Source of the DNA: Alphaproteobacteria bacterium
Lineage (GTDB): Bacteria; Pseudomonadota; Alphaproteobacteria; SHVZ01
DNA length: 64,000 nucleotides
NCBI GenBank assembly: GCA_016869375.1
Contig: VGEH01000003.1
Coordinates: forward strand, 1,491 to 65,490
Direction: 5' to 3'
Below the pieces are notes generated by a model. The model made no database searches and had not been told where the DNA came from. It was given only the letters and a program-made list of their open reading frames with translations. The translations under genes were made by a program, and so were the position numbers. This document shows positions 31,478-41,624 of this stretch, piece by piece (the first letter of the stretch is position 1; each line of letters opens with the position of its first letter).

Positions 31478-32260
31478 ATGACCGATCTCGATCAGCGCGA
31501 GCTTGCCATGCTCGCCATTGCCCGCGAGGCGGGCGAGCTCGCCCGGCGGCGTTTCACCGACCGCTCGAGCTTCACGGTGAAGTTCAAGGGACCGCAGGAC
31601 TTCATCACCGAGGCCGATAGCGAGGTCGAGCGGCTGGTCGTAGGCAAGCTCGGCGCCGCCTTTCCGGGCGACACCTTCCTCGGCGAGGAGACGGGCGGCT
31701 CGCCCGGCCGCCGCGCCTGGGTCATCGATCCGATCGACGGCACCGCCAATTTCGCGCGCGGCATCGCTCATTTCTGCATCTCGATCGCTTTCGTCGAGGA
31801 CGGCGAGATCAAGCTCGGCGCGATCTACCAGCCGATGAGCCGCGAGATGTTCGCGGCTCGTGACGGGCGCGGTGCCACCCTCGACGGTGCTCCCATGAAG
31901 GTCACGACGACGGCGCAGATCGACGAGGCGGCGGTCGAGCTCGGCTGGTCGAAGCGCCGTCCGAACAAGGACTATACCGATACGGCGCTCCGCATCCTCG
32001 ATGCCGGCGGCAGCTTCCGCCGCTGCGCCTCCGGCGCGTTGGGCCTGGCCTATGTCGCCGCCGGCCGCACCGACGCCTACTTCGAGCGGCACATCAATTC
32101 CTGGGACTGCCTTGCCGGCATCCTGATGGTCAATGAGGCCGGCGGCTGGACCAACGACTTCCTCGCCAATGACGGACTCTTGAAGGGCGGCCCGGTACTC
32201 GGCACCAACGCTGCCCTCAAGGACACGATCACCAGGATCGTCGACGTCGAAAGAGGGTAG
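31478..32260 (+). CDS. Inositol monophosphatase family protein (SuhB-like)
   Basis: ATG 31478 lies 4 nt after the EamA stop (the ORF is open from TTG 31466). Motifs GEE, WVIDPIDGTANF, WDCLAG. Confidence 0.88.
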   Translation: MTDLDQRELAMLAIAREAGELARRRFTDRSSFTVKFKGPQDFITEADSEVERLVVGKLGAAFPGDTFLGEETGGSPGRRAWVIDPIDGTANFARGIAHFCISIAFVEDGEIKLGAIYQPMSREMFAARDGRGATLDGAPMKVTTTAQIDEAAVELGWSKRRPNKDYTDTALRILDAGGSFRRCASGALGLAYVAAGRTDAYFERHINSWDCLAGILMVNEAGGWTNDFLANDGLLKGGPVLGTNAALKDTITRIVDVERG

Positions 32261-32270
32261 ACTCCCTCTC

Positions 32271-33986
32271 ATGTCGACCGACTCGAACGATCCCTCGGGC
32301 CAGGGCCTCGCGCGCGGGCTCACCAATTACGGCGACCGCGACTTCGCGCTCTATCTGCGCCGCTCCTTCGCGCGCTCGATGGGGTACTCGGAGGCGATGC
32401 TGGCGCGGCCGGTGGTCGGCATCGTCGATACCTCCAGCGGCTACAACAACTGCCACCGCAACCTGCCGGAGGTGATCGAGGCGGTGAAGCGCGGCGTCAT
32501 CGCCGCTGGCGGCCTGCCGATCGTCTTCCCGACCATCTCGCTCGGCGAAGTATTCCTGACGCCGACCAGCCTCAAATACCGGAACCTGATGGCGCTAGAC
32601 ACCGAGGAGATGATACGCGCCCAGCCGATGGACGCGGTCGTCGCCGTCGGCGGCTGCGACAAGACGGTGCCGGCGCAGCTCATGGCGCTTGCCTCGGCGG
32701 GCAAACCCGCGGTGCAGCTCCTCGCTGGTCCGATGCTGACATCCGGATATCGCGGCGAGCGGCTGGGCGCCTGCACCGATTGCCGGCGCTTCTGGGCACG
32801 CTATCGCGCCGGCGAGATCGACAAGGCCGAGATCCAGACGGTCGAGAGCCGGCTCGCCACCACCGCCGGCACCTGCGCGGTCATGGGCACGGCGTCGACC
32901 ATGGCGGCGATCGCTGAGACGCTCGGCCTGGCGCTGCCGGGAACCGCGGCGATCCCCGCCGTCCATGCCGACCGGCTCCGCGCCGGCGAGGCCTCCGGCA
33001 TTGCCGCGCTCGAAGCGGCGAAGAATGGGCTCACACCGGACAAGCTGATCACGCCGAAATCGGTCGAGAACGCGCTGACCGTGCTGCTCGCGGTCGGCGG
33101 CTCGACCAATGCCGTGCTGCATCTCGCTGCAATCGCCGGCCGCGTCGGCATCGCGCTCGATCTCGATCGCCTGAACCTGCTCTCCGACCGCACGCCGGTG
33201 ATCGTCGATCTCAAGCCGACCGGCCAGCACTACATGGAAGATCTGTTCGCCGCCGGCGGTGTCGGCGCGGTGCTGCGCGAGCTGAAGCCGCTGCTGCATC
33301 TCGACTGCCTAACCATCACCGGCGAGACGCTCGGCGAACGCCTCGACAAGGGCGATGGCTGGGTCGACCGCAAGGTCGTCAGGCCGCTCAACGATCCCTA
33401 TCTCCCTTATGGCGGGCTGGTCGCGCTGTTCGGCTCGCTGGCGCCGGGTGGTGCCATCTTCAAGCGCTCGGCCGCGGACACGAAGCTGTTCGAGCGCGAG
33501 GGCCGCGCCGTGGTCTTCGACGGGCTCGAGGATCTCGCGCGACGCATCGACGATCCGGCGCTGGACGTCACGCCCGACGACTTCCTGGTGATGAAGGGCG
33601 CCGGCCCGACCTCGGCCTCCTGCATGCCGGAAGCGGGATATCTCCCGATCCCGACGAAGCTCGCGCGCGCCGGGGTCAAGGACATGGTGCGGATCTCCGA
33701 TGCGCGCATGAGCGGCACGGCGTTCGGCACGGTGGTCCTGCATGTGACGCCCGACGCCGCGTCGGGCGGTCCGCTGGCCAAGGTCCGCTCGGGTGATCGC
33801 ATCCGGCTCTCGGTCGCGGATCGCCGCATCGATCTGTTGGTTGCCGACGAAGAGCTGGTGAGGCGGCCCTTGCCGCGGCAGGCGAGGCCGTCGCGCGGCT
33901 ATGACCGTCTCTATGCGCGGGAGATCACCCAGGCGGACAAAGGCTGCGACTTCGACTTTCTGCGGGCCAACCCGGATTTCCCGTAA
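32271..33986 (+). CDS. IlvD/Edd-family dehydratase (dihydroxy-acid / sugar-acid dehydratase)
   Basis: 571 aa. GGCDKTVPA, TAGTCAVMGTASTMA, RISDARMSGTAFG. Confidence 0.88.
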   Translation: MSTDSNDPSGQGLARGLTNYGDRDFALYLRRSFARSMGYSEAMLARPVVGIVDTSSGYNNCHRNLPEVIEAVKRGVIAAGGLPIVFPTISLGEVFLTPTSLKYRNLMALDTEEMIRAQPMDAVVAVGGCDKTVPAQLMALASAGKPAVQLLAGPMLTSGYRGERLGACTDCRRFWARYRAGEIDKAEIQTVESRLATTAGTCAVMGTASTMAAIAETLGLALPGTAAIPAVHADRLRAGEASGIAALEAAKNGLTPDKLITPKSVENALTVLLAVGGSTNAVLHLAAIAGRVGIALDLDRLNLLSDRTPVIVDLKPTGQHYMEDLFAAGGVGAVLRELKPLLHLDCLTITGETLGERLDKGDGWVDRKVVRPLNDPYLPYGGLVALFGSLAPGGAIFKRSAADTKLFEREGRAVVFDGLEDLARRIDDPALDVTPDDFLVMKGAGPTSASCMPEAGYLPIPTKLARAGVKDMVRISDARMSGTAFGTVVLHVTPDAASGGPLAKVRSGDRIRLSVADRRIDLLVADEELVRRPLPRQARPSRGYDRLYAREITQADKGCDFDFLRANPDFP

Positions 33987-34082
33987 GCCTTTGGCCTCAT
34001 TTGCTTTTTATGGTCACGCTTCGTTCCTCCACCATCGGAGGCATGGGCGAGCGGAGCAAGTTGCGGTAAAGGAGCGTTTCAA

Positions 34083-34116
34083 CCCGTCGGGCGGATGCCC
34101 GGCGGGTCTTTCGATT
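34083..34116 (+). terminator. Possible intrinsic terminator downstream of the IlvD/Edd-family gene
   Basis: Hairpin CCCGTCGGGC-GGAT-GCCCGGCGGG (one G-U pair) followed by TCTTTCGATT. The U-tract is weak. Confidence 0.4.
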
Positions 34117-34143
34117 GGGCGCAACTTCCCTAAGAGCCGATAA

Positions 34144-36027
34144 GTGTCGCACGCGCAGCCTTCGTCATCTGGTGGCGATCCCGTCCATCGCTTGATCCTT
34201 GGCGCAATCGGCGTCGTCTTCGGCGACATCGGCACGAGCCCGCTCTACGCGATGAAGGAGAGCTTCGTCGGCGCGCATGCGGTGACGCTGACCACGGCGC
34301 ATGTTTACGGGGTGCTGTCTCTCGTCTTCTGGTCTGTGACGATCCTCGTCTCGGTCAAGTACGTGATGATCATCATGCGCGCCGACAATAAGGGCGAGGG
34401 CGGCAGCCTTGCGCTCCTGGCGCTGGTCAGCCGTGCTGTGCAGGGGACGCGCACCTCCTTCCTCGTGCTCGTGCTCGGCGTCTTCGCCGCCGCGCTTTTC
34501 TACGGCGACAGCATGATCACCCCAGCCATCTCGGTGCTGGGTGCGGTCGAGGGCCTCACCTTCCTCGCGCCGCAGCTCGAGACTTATGTCGTGCCACTCA
34601 CGGTGCTGATCCTGGTCGGGCTCTTCGTCCTGCAAAGCCGCGGCACCAGCGGTGTTGGCAGGCTTTTCGGCCCGATCATGGTGTTGTGGTTCGTCACGCT
34701 AGCGGTGCTCGGCATCGTCGCCATCGCCCGTCACCCGACGATCTTGTTCGCGTTGAGCCCGACCTACGCCATCGAGTTCTTCATGACCGATCGGCTGGTC
34801 GCCTTTCTCGCACTCGGCACCGTCGTCCTCGCCGTCACCGGCGCCGAGGCGCTCTATGCCGATATGGGGCATTTCGGCCGCGAGCCGATCCGGCGCGCCT
34901 GGTTCTTCTTCGTGCTGCCGGCCTTGATGCTGAACTACCTCGGCCAGGGAGCGCTGCTGCTGGAGGAACCGGAGGCGGTTCGGAACCCGTTTTACAGCCT
35001 GGCGCCGGACTGGGCCTTGCTGCCGATGATCGTGCTATCGACGCTGGCGGCGGTCATCGCCTCGCAGGCGGTGATCTCGGGCGCCTTCTCGGTGACGCAG
35101 CAGGCCATCCAGCTTGGTCTTCTGCCGCGCATGAAGATCGCCCATACCTCCTCTTCCGAGATCGGTCAGATCTACATCCCGTTCATCAACTGGACGCTGA
35201 TGATCTTCGTCCTCGGCCTGGTGATAGGCTTCGGATCGACGACGAACATCGCCGCCGCCTATGGTGTCGCCGTCACTTGCACCATGCTGATCGACACGCT
35301 GCTGGCCTATCTCTACGCACGCCGCGTCGCGCAGTGGACGCTTGCGGCGTCCATGAGCCTGTTCGGCTTGTTCCTGATCATCGACCTCGCCTATGTCGGC
35401 GCAAACCTGATCAAGATTCCGGATGGCGGCTGGTTCCCGCTCGGCATCGGGCTCGCCTTCTTCATCCTGCTGACGACCTGGAAGCGTGGTCGTCAGCTGC
35501 TCTTCGATCGGCTGCGCAGCGACACGATCCCGATGGACGTGTTCCTGCGCTCGAGCAAGAAGTCGGTGCATCGCGTCGGCGGCACCGCGATCTACATGAC
35601 CGGTTCGGTCGACACCGTGCCACATGCGCTGCTGCACAACCTCAAGCACAACAAGGTCCTGCACGATCGCAACATCATGCTGACGGTGGCAATCGCCGAC
35701 GTCCCGACCTGGCCGCTCGCCGACCGGCTGGAGATCCGCGAGCTGGGATCGGGCTTCTGGCGCGTCGTCGTGCGCTTCGGCTTCATGGACATCGCGGACG
35801 TGCCGAACGCGCTCAAGCTCGGCGCCGAGAAGGGGATGCCGATCGATCTGTTCGACACCTCGTTCTTCCTGAGCCGTGAGGCGATTCGCCCGTCGAACCG
35901 GCCAGGCATGCCGCTCTGGCGGGAGACGCTGTTCTCCTGGATGTCGCGCAATGCGACCAGCGCCATGGATTTCTTCCAGCTTCCGCCCGACCGTGTCGTC
36001 GAGGTCGGCACGACCGTAGAAATCTGA
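34144..36027 (+). CDS. kup: KUP/HAK/KT potassium uptake protein
   Basis: 627 aa, GTG start. GAIGVVFGDIGTSPLYA signature, about 12 TM helices, C-terminal cytoplasmic domain. Confidence 0.95.
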   Translation: MSHAQPSSSGGDPVHRLILGAIGVVFGDIGTSPLYAMKESFVGAHAVTLTTAHVYGVLSLVFWSVTILVSVKYVMIIMRADNKGEGGSLALLALVSRAVQGTRTSFLVLVLGVFAAALFYGDSMITPAISVLGAVEGLTFLAPQLETYVVPLTVLILVGLFVLQSRGTSGVGRLFGPIMVLWFVTLAVLGIVAIARHPTILFALSPTYAIEFFMTDRLVAFLALGTVVLAVTGAEALYADMGHFGREPIRRAWFFFVLPALMLNYLGQGALLLEEPEAVRNPFYSLAPDWALLPMIVLSTLAAVIASQAVISGAFSVTQQAIQLGLLPRMKIAHTSSSEIGQIYIPFINWTLMIFVLGLVIGFGSTTNIAAAYGVAVTCTMLIDTLLAYLYARRVAQWTLAASMSLFGLFLIIDLAYVGANLIKIPDGGWFPLGIGLAFFILLTTWKRGRQLLFDRLRSDTIPMDVFLRSSKKSVHRVGGTAIYMTGSVDTVPHALLHNLKHNKVLHDRNIMLTVAIADVPTWPLADRLEIRELGSGFWRVVVRFGFMDIADVPNALKLGAEKGMPIDLFDTSFFLSREAIRPSNRPGMPLWRETLFSWMSRNATSAMDFFQLPPDRVVEVGTTVEI

Positions 36028-36049
36028 TCCTGATCCGAGAGACCCCGAC

Positions 36050-37132
36050 ATGGTGATGCTGAAGGCGACGGCGCTCGAGGAGTTCGTCCGCGACATCTTC
36101 ATCAAGGCCGGCTGTTCGCCGGCCGAAGGCGCGCGGGTCGGCAAGTACCTCGTCGCCGCCAACCTGACCGGGCATGACAGCCACGGCGTCGTCCGCGTGC
36201 CCCGCTACGTGCAGATGAAGAACGACGGTCTCATCACCGCCGACCAGGAGGTCGCGATCGAGGTCGAGACACCGGTGCTCGCCGTCGTCGATGCGCGCTA
36301 CGGCTTCGGCCAGACCGCGGCGCCGCAGGCCGTTCAGCTCGGCATCGACAAGTGCCGGAAGAACGGCCTCTCCGCGATCGCGCTGCGCAATGCCGGACAT
36401 ATCGGCCGCGTCGGCGACTGGGCGGAGATGGCGGCGACGGCGGATCTCGTCTCGGTCCACTTCGTTAACGCCGCCGGCTCGATCCTGGTCGCGCCCTACA
36501 ACGCGACCGAGCGCCGCTTCTCGACCGCGCCCTATTGCGTCGGCGTGCCGCGGCCGGGGCAGCCGCCGCTGGTGCTCGACTTCGCGACCTCGGTCGTCGC
36601 CGAGGGCAAGGTGCTGGTCGCGAGCAAGGGCGGCAAGAAGATCCCCGATCACGCGCTGATCGGCCCCGACGGGAAGATGAGCGGCGATCCGCACCTGCTC
36701 TATGGCGACTACGATCCGAATGGCGGTCGCGACTACAAGCAGGGGCCCGGCGCGATCCGCGCCTTCGGCGACCACAAGGGCTCGGGCCTCTCCTTCATGT
36801 GCGAGGTGCTCGGCGGCGCGCTCACCGGCACCGGGGCGGCGACGCCCGGTCGTCGCTTCGCCAACGGCATGCTGTCCTTCTACATCGATCCCAAGATCGT
36901 CGATCCGAAGAACTTCCTGCCGGGCGAGCTCACGCGCTTCGTCGATTGGGTCAAGACGGCGAAGCCCGTCCCGGGCGAGGAGGTCATGGTGCCCGGCGAG
37001 CCGGAAGCGCGCATGCGCGCCAAGCGCCTCGCCGAGGGCATCCCGCTGCCCGACGAGATCTGGCAATCGCTGGTCGACACCGCCCGCGAGGTCGGCCTCG
37101 ACGAGCGGCGCATCCAGTCGGCGGCGATGTAG
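36050..37132 (+). CDS. Ldh_2 family (malate/L-lactate/ureidoglycolate-type) NAD(P)H-dependent oxidoreductase
   Basis: 360 aa. GHDSHGV, RNAGHIGR, FGDHKGSGLS blocks. Confidence 0.8.
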   Translation: MVMLKATALEEFVRDIFIKAGCSPAEGARVGKYLVAANLTGHDSHGVVRVPRYVQMKNDGLITADQEVAIEVETPVLAVVDARYGFGQTAAPQAVQLGIDKCRKNGLSAIALRNAGHIGRVGDWAEMAATADLVSVHFVNAAGSILVAPYNATERRFSTAPYCVGVPRPGQPPLVLDFATSVVAEGKVLVASKGGKKIPDHALIGPDGKMSGDPHLLYGDYDPNGGRDYKQGPGAIRAFGDHKGSGLSFMCEVLGGALTGTGAATPGRRFANGMLSFYIDPKIVDPKNFLPGELTRFVDWVKTAKPVPGEEVMVPGEPEARMRAKRLAEGIPLPDEIWQSLVDTAREVGLDERRIQSAAM

Positions 37133-37140
37133 CGCGTCGC

Positions 37141-38406
37141 CTACCGCTTCTCGAAGTCGATCTTCTCGTCGACCGGGAGGCGCTGCAGGTAGCGCCTGAG
37201 GCAGTCGAGGCCCATCTCGACCGCGCCCAGCCGCACCCATTCGCGGCCGCCCAGCAGGCGCGACTGGCGCGTGACGGTCTCGCCTTCGCTCGCCACCGCG
37301 ATCGCGATGTTGCCGCCGAATTCCAGCCGGTCGGCGCCTTCGTCGAGGTCGACGAGCACAGCGAGCGCGTGGCTGGCACCGGCATGGCCGCGCAGCGCCT
37401 CGGCGATCTCGCGCGCGGTCTCCGGCGTCGCGGCAACGCTCTTCGGCTCCAAGCCGACGGCGGCGCGCACATGCGCGAGGTCGCGGGCGACGGCGCCGCG
37501 GCGGAAAACGGTTTCGGCGCCGGCCAGATGCGCGATCCGCGCGGCGACCTGGCCCGAGGTGAAGCTCTCGGCGATGGCGAGCGTGCTGCCCGACGATAGA
37601 AGCGCCTGCAGCACCACGCTCTCGAGCGTCTGGTCGTCCTCGGCGAGGATGAAATTGCCGACGCGCTTGCGCACCTCGGCCTCGACCGGCGCCAGCTTGC
37701 GACGGACATCGTCCATGTCGTCGCCGCGGACCAGGAGCTTGGTCTCAAGCTGCGGGTAGTGCGCGCGGAAGCCCAGCTTGATGCTGCCGTCAGGCGCCAT
37801 CTCCTCGATGCCGGTCAAGAGCGTGTCGACATGAGACTCGCCGAGGCCGTAGGAGTGGAAGCGCTTGAGGTGGATCGTGACCGACCGGCCGACCTTGGCC
37901 AGCAGGCGCGGGATGATCTGCTCCTCCAACATGCGGCGGAGCTCGCGCGGTACGCCGGGCGTGAAGAAGAACCGCGCCTTGCCGATGTCGAGGGCGAAGC
38001 CGCAGGCGGTGCCGATCGGGTTGTCGAGGATCTCCGCCGTCGAGGGCAGCATCGCCTGCTTCTTGTTGTTGGGCGGCATCGCGCGGCCGCGGCGGGTGAA
38101 GAACTCCTCCATCTTCGCGAACCATTCCTGGTTCAGAACCAGCTCGACGCCGGCGGCCTTGGCCGCGATCTCCTGCGAGAGGTCGTCGACGGTGGGACCG
38201 AGGCCGCCATTGACGATCACTGCATCGGCGCGGGACGAGGCGAGGCGGAAGGCCTCAAGCAGGCGCTCGCGGTCGTCGCCGACCGTGGTGCCCCAGATGA
38301 CGGAGAGGCCGACATCCTCGAGCTTCTGGCTCATATAGCTGAAGTTCGAGTTGACGATCTTGCCGGTCAGCACCTCATCGCCGGTGCAGAGGATCTCGAT
38401 GCGCAT
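37141..38406 (-). CDS. cinA: CinA-family protein (MoCF-binding domain + nicotinamide-nucleotide amidase PncC-like domain)
   Basis: 421 aa. MRIEILCTGDEVLTGKIVNSN, VIVNGGLGPTVDDL, C-terminal AESFTSGQ block. Confidence 0.8.
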   Translation of the reverse strand: MRIEILCTGDEVLTGKIVNSNFSYMSQKLEDVGLSVIWGTTVGDDRERLLEAFRLASSRADAVIVNGGLGPTVDDLSQEIAAKAAGVELVLNQEWFAKMEEFFTRRGRAMPPNNKKQAMLPSTAEILDNPIGTACGFALDIGKARFFFTPGVPRELRRMLEEQIIPRLLAKVGRSVTIHLKRFHSYGLGESHVDTLLTGIEEMAPDGSIKLGFRAHYPQLETKLLVRGDDMDDVRRKLAPVEAEVRKRVGNFILAEDDQTLESVVLQALLSSGSTLAIAESFTSGQVAARIAHLAGAETVFRRGAVARDLAHVRAAVGLEPKSVAATPETAREIAEALRGHAGASHALAVLVDLDEGADRLEFGGNIAIAVASEGETVTRQSRLLGGREWVRLGAVEMGLDCLRRYLQRLPVDEKIDFEKR

Positions 38407-38494
38407 GGGAATCTTCCGGAGGGGCGGCGGTATCGGAGGGTGCGGAAGCGGAAGCGATCTGTAACACAGAGCGCGAATCGGCTAAACCTCGCCC

Positions 38495-39634
38495 ATGGTC
38501 CAAGAGATCGGCCGGCCGGCGCCCGATCTGAGCCTCTTTCGCAAGCTCCTGCTGGTGAATTGGGGGCTGATCGCGCTGGTCCTGATGATCGCCGGCATCG
38601 GCATCGCGATGCTGTATTCGGCCGCCGGCGGCTCATGGTCGCCCTGGGCGTCGCGTCAGCTCGCGCGCCTGGCCGTCGGCCTGCTGGTGATGATGGCGGT
38701 TGCCCTGGTCGATATCCGGCTCTGGCTCCGCTACGCCTATCTGATCTACGGACTCGCTCTCGCCATGCTGGTCGTCGTCGACGTGATGGGCCGTGTCGGC
38801 GGCGGCGCCCAGCGCTGGATCGACTTCGGCGTGATCCAGCTGCAGCCCTCCGAGCTGATGAAGATCGCCGTGGTGCTGGCGCTCGGCCGCTATTTCCATG
38901 GGCTCACGCTGGAGCAGGTGGGCAAGCCCTTGATGCTGATCCCGGCGCTGCTGCTGATCGGGCTTCCGGTCGTGCTGGTGCTGCGCCAGCCCAATCTCGG
39001 CACGGCGATGCTGCTCGCCATCGGCTCGGCCGCGGTGATGCTGGCCGCCGGCGTCCGCATCTGGAAGTTCGTGCTGGTCGGCGGCGCCGCCGCCGCGGCG
39101 ATCCCGGTCGCCTGGTCCTTCCTCAAGGACTACCAGAAGCGGCGCGTCTACACCTTCCTCGATCCTGCGCAGGACCCGCTTGGCGCCGGGTACAATATCC
39201 TCCAGTCCAAGATCGCCCTCGGATCCGGCGGGATCTTCGGCAAGGGCTTCCTCAACGGCACGCAAGGCCAGCTCCGCTTCCTGCCGGAGATGCAGACCGA
39301 CTTCATCTTCACCGTGCTCGCCGAGGAGTTCGGCATGGTCGGATGCCTCGTCCTGCTTGGCCTCTACGTGCTGGTGCTGGTCTACGGCTTCGCCATTGCG
39401 CTTCGCTCGCGCAGCCAGTTCGGCCGGCTGGTCGCGATCGGCGTCACCACCCAGCTCTTCCTCTACGTCTTCATCAATATGGCGATGGTGATGGGGCTGG
39501 TGCCGGTGGTCGGCATCCCGCTGCCGCTGGTGAGCTATGGCGGAACCGCGATGCTGACCTTGCTCGCCGGCGCCGGCCTATTGATCTCGGTCTCGATACA
39601 CCGCGATGTCGAGATACCACGCTGGCACGGCTAG
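38495..39634 (+). CDS. rodA: SEDS-family peptidoglycan glycosyltransferase RodA (FtsW/RodA/SpoVE)
   Basis: 379 aa. Multi-TM, QPSELMKI, GKGFLNGTQ, LPE..TDFIF, PLPLVSYGGTAM. Confidence 0.88.
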   Translation: MVQEIGRPAPDLSLFRKLLLVNWGLIALVLMIAGIGIAMLYSAAGGSWSPWASRQLARLAVGLLVMMAVALVDIRLWLRYAYLIYGLALAMLVVVDVMGRVGGGAQRWIDFGVIQLQPSELMKIAVVLALGRYFHGLTLEQVGKPLMLIPALLLIGLPVVLVLRQPNLGTAMLLAIGSAAVMLAAGVRIWKFVLVGGAAAAAIPVAWSFLKDYQKRRVYTFLDPAQDPLGAGYNILQSKIALGSGGIFGKGFLNGTQGQLRFLPEMQTDFIFTVLAEEFGMVGCLVLLGLYVLVLVYGFAIALRSRSQFGRLVAIGVTTQLFLYVFINMAMVMGLVPVVGIPLPLVSYGGTAMLTLLAGAGLLISVSIHRDVEIPRWHG

Positions 39635-40263
39635 ACCGGCGGAGGGCCCGCCCAGGGCGAGAAACGCGGCATATAGGTCGTTGCCAGCCGATATAGCTCC
39701 TCGTCGCTGATCACCTGCTTGGTCGCGATTGCCCATAGATCGTATGTCGCCGATCGCGCCGCGATCGTCCGCGCGAATTCTGCCTCCGTCAGGTGCTGGC
39801 CGAGCGACGCGGCGGTGAAGCCGTAGCGATGCGCCATGAACAGGTTGCCGCGAGCCATCGGGAGCCGATGGCCATAGAGCATGTCGATCGCGGATATCGG
39901 ACCGGCGCCCGACTGATAGGCCGGCTCGAGCAGCTTGCCGGTCGCGATCTGCTCGCCGACGGATTGAAGGTCCGGGCAGGTCAGAACCATGAAGCCGTCG
40001 GCCTTGAGCACGCGAAGGAACTCACGCAGCGCGACGGGCACCTCATGCGCGTAGAGATGCTCGATGACATGAGAATTGTAGAGCGCGTCGACCGAGCCGG
40101 TCGCGACCGCGCTCATGTCGGTGATCGTGCCGACGATATCGGGCGTCACCGCCGGGTTGATGTCGTAGCGGATCTCGCGCCACTCCGGCCCGTGGAAGGC
40201 CGGCGGCATCTGCTCCTTGCGATTGGGACCGCAACCGACGTGGAGGACGACCTGCCCGGTCAT
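39631..40263 (-). CDS. Class I SAM-dependent methyltransferase
   Basis: 210 aa. Motif I VLHVGCGPN, DALYNSHVIEHL, FLRVLKADGFMVLTCP. Starts 4 nt after the kynU stop. Confidence 0.75.
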   Translation of the reverse strand: MTGQVVLHVGCGPNRKEQMPPAFHGPEWREIRYDINPAVTPDIVGTITDMSAVATGSVDALYNSHVIEHLYAHEVPVALREFLRVLKADGFMVLTCPDLQSVGEQIATGKLLEPAYQSGAGPISAIDMLYGHRLPMARGNLFMAHRYGFTAASLGQHLTEAEFARTIAARSATYDLWAIATKQVISDEELYRLATTYMPRFSPWAGPPPV

Positions 40264-40267
40264 CCGC

Positions 40268-41506
40268 TCAGGTGACCCACTTCTTCGCCTGGAACTGCGG
40301 CTTCTTCCACTCCTCGGCGGCCATCACCTGGGAGAGGTGCTCGACCGCGTCCCAGACATCGACGAAGCGCACATAGGGCGCGGCGAAGCCGAAGCGGACG
40401 ATATCGGGCTCGCGGAAATCGCCGATCACCTTGCGCGCCTTCAGCGCCTGCATGATCGGCCAGCCGTTCTTGTGGCGCAGCGCCACCTGGCTGCCGCGCA
40501 TCTCGTCGCGCGGTGTCGCGAAGCTGAATCCGTGCTGGGCCAGCCGCGTCTCGATCAGCTGCATGAAGAGCCCGGTCAGGGCCAGCGACTTGGCGCGCAC
40601 CTTGTCGATGCCGAACTCGATCAGGTCCTCGATGCCGGCTTCCATGGCGACGATGCCGAGGATCGGCGGCGAGGAGGCACGCCACTGGCGGATGCCCTGG
40701 GCCGGCTTGTAGTCGAGGCCGAACTCGAACGGGTTGGCGTGGCCGAGCCAGCCGGTGAGCGGCTGGCGCACCTTGTCGTGGTGGCGCTTGGGCGCGAAGA
40801 CGAAGGCCGGCGCGCCCGGGCCGCCGTTCAAATATTTGTAGCCGCAGCCGACGGCGAAATCGGCCTGAATCTTGTTGAGTTCGATCGGCACAGCGCCGGC
40901 CGTGTGCGCCAGGTCCCAGATCGCGAGCGCGCCCTTGGCATGGGCGGCGGCGGTGATCTTGGCCATGTCGTAGAGGCGGCCGGTGCGGTAGTTGATCTGG
41001 GTCAGGAAGACGGCGGCGGTGTCCTCGTCGATCGAGGCTTCGAGCGCGTCCTCCTCGACCACCTTCACGCGATGCTGGCGCTCGACGAACTCGGCGAGGC
41101 CCTGCGCCATGTAGACGTCGGTCGGGAAGTTGCCCTTGTCGGTGAGCAGCGTGCGGCGCTCCGGCCGCATCAGCATCGCCGCGGCGATCACCTTGTGGAC
41201 GTTGATCGAGGTGGTGTCGACGACGATGACCTCGCCATCCTCGGCGCCGATCAGCTTGGCGATCTTGTCGCCCAGCGTCTCGGACAGGCCCATCCAGTTG
41301 TCCTTGAGCCAACCATCGACCAGGTGCTCGCCCCATTCGACGTCGACGACCTTGGCGACCCGCTCCGCGGCCTTCTTCGGTAGGGCGCCCAGCGAATTGC
41401 CGTCGAGATAGATCAGGCCCTCCGGTAGCCGAAAGCGGTCGCGAAAGGCCCGAATCGGGTCCTCGCGGTCGAGGCGTTCGCAATCGGCGCGGCTGGCAGC
41501 GGTCAT
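40268..41506 (-). CDS. kynU: Kynureninase
   Basis: ATG 41506 is preceded by GGGAG (the ORF is open to GTG 41539). Blocks IYLDGNSLGALP, WDLAHTAG, ADFAVGCGYKYLNGGPGAP, RFGFAPLY-like RFGFAAPY. Confidence 0.88.
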   Translation of the reverse strand: MTAASRADCERLDREDPIRAFRDRFRLPEGLIYLDGNSLGALPKKAAERVAKVVDVEWGEHLVDGWLKDNWMGLSETLGDKIAKLIGAEDGEVIVVDTTSINVHKVIAAAMLMRPERRTLLTDKGNFPTDVYMAQGLAEFVERQHRVKVVEEDALEASIDEDTAAVFLTQINYRTGRLYDMAKITAAAHAKGALAIWDLAHTAGAVPIELNKIQADFAVGCGYKYLNGGPGAPAFVFAPKRHHDKVRQPLTGWLGHANPFEFGLDYKPAQGIRQWRASSPPILGIVAMEAGIEDLIEFGIDKVRAKSLALTGLFMQLIETRLAQHGFSFATPRDEMRGSQVALRHKNGWPIMQALKARKVIGDFREPDIVRFGFAAPYVRFVDVWDAVEHLSQVMAAEEWKKPQFQAKKWVT

Positions 41507-41624
41507 GGCAACTCCCGGAAAGGGGCGGGACTTTATCACGGGCGGAGGGCGCGAAAGGGCCGCTTCGCGTTGCAGCGAAGCCCTCCCATGCTATAACCGC
41601 CCCTCGCCCTAAAAACCGCCAGGG

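Noticed and set aside
31460-31480. Alphaproteobacterial suhB RNA motif near the inositol monophosphatase gene.
   Set aside because: The gene starts 4 nt after the preceding EamA transporter stop, so no intergenic space exists for the motif.
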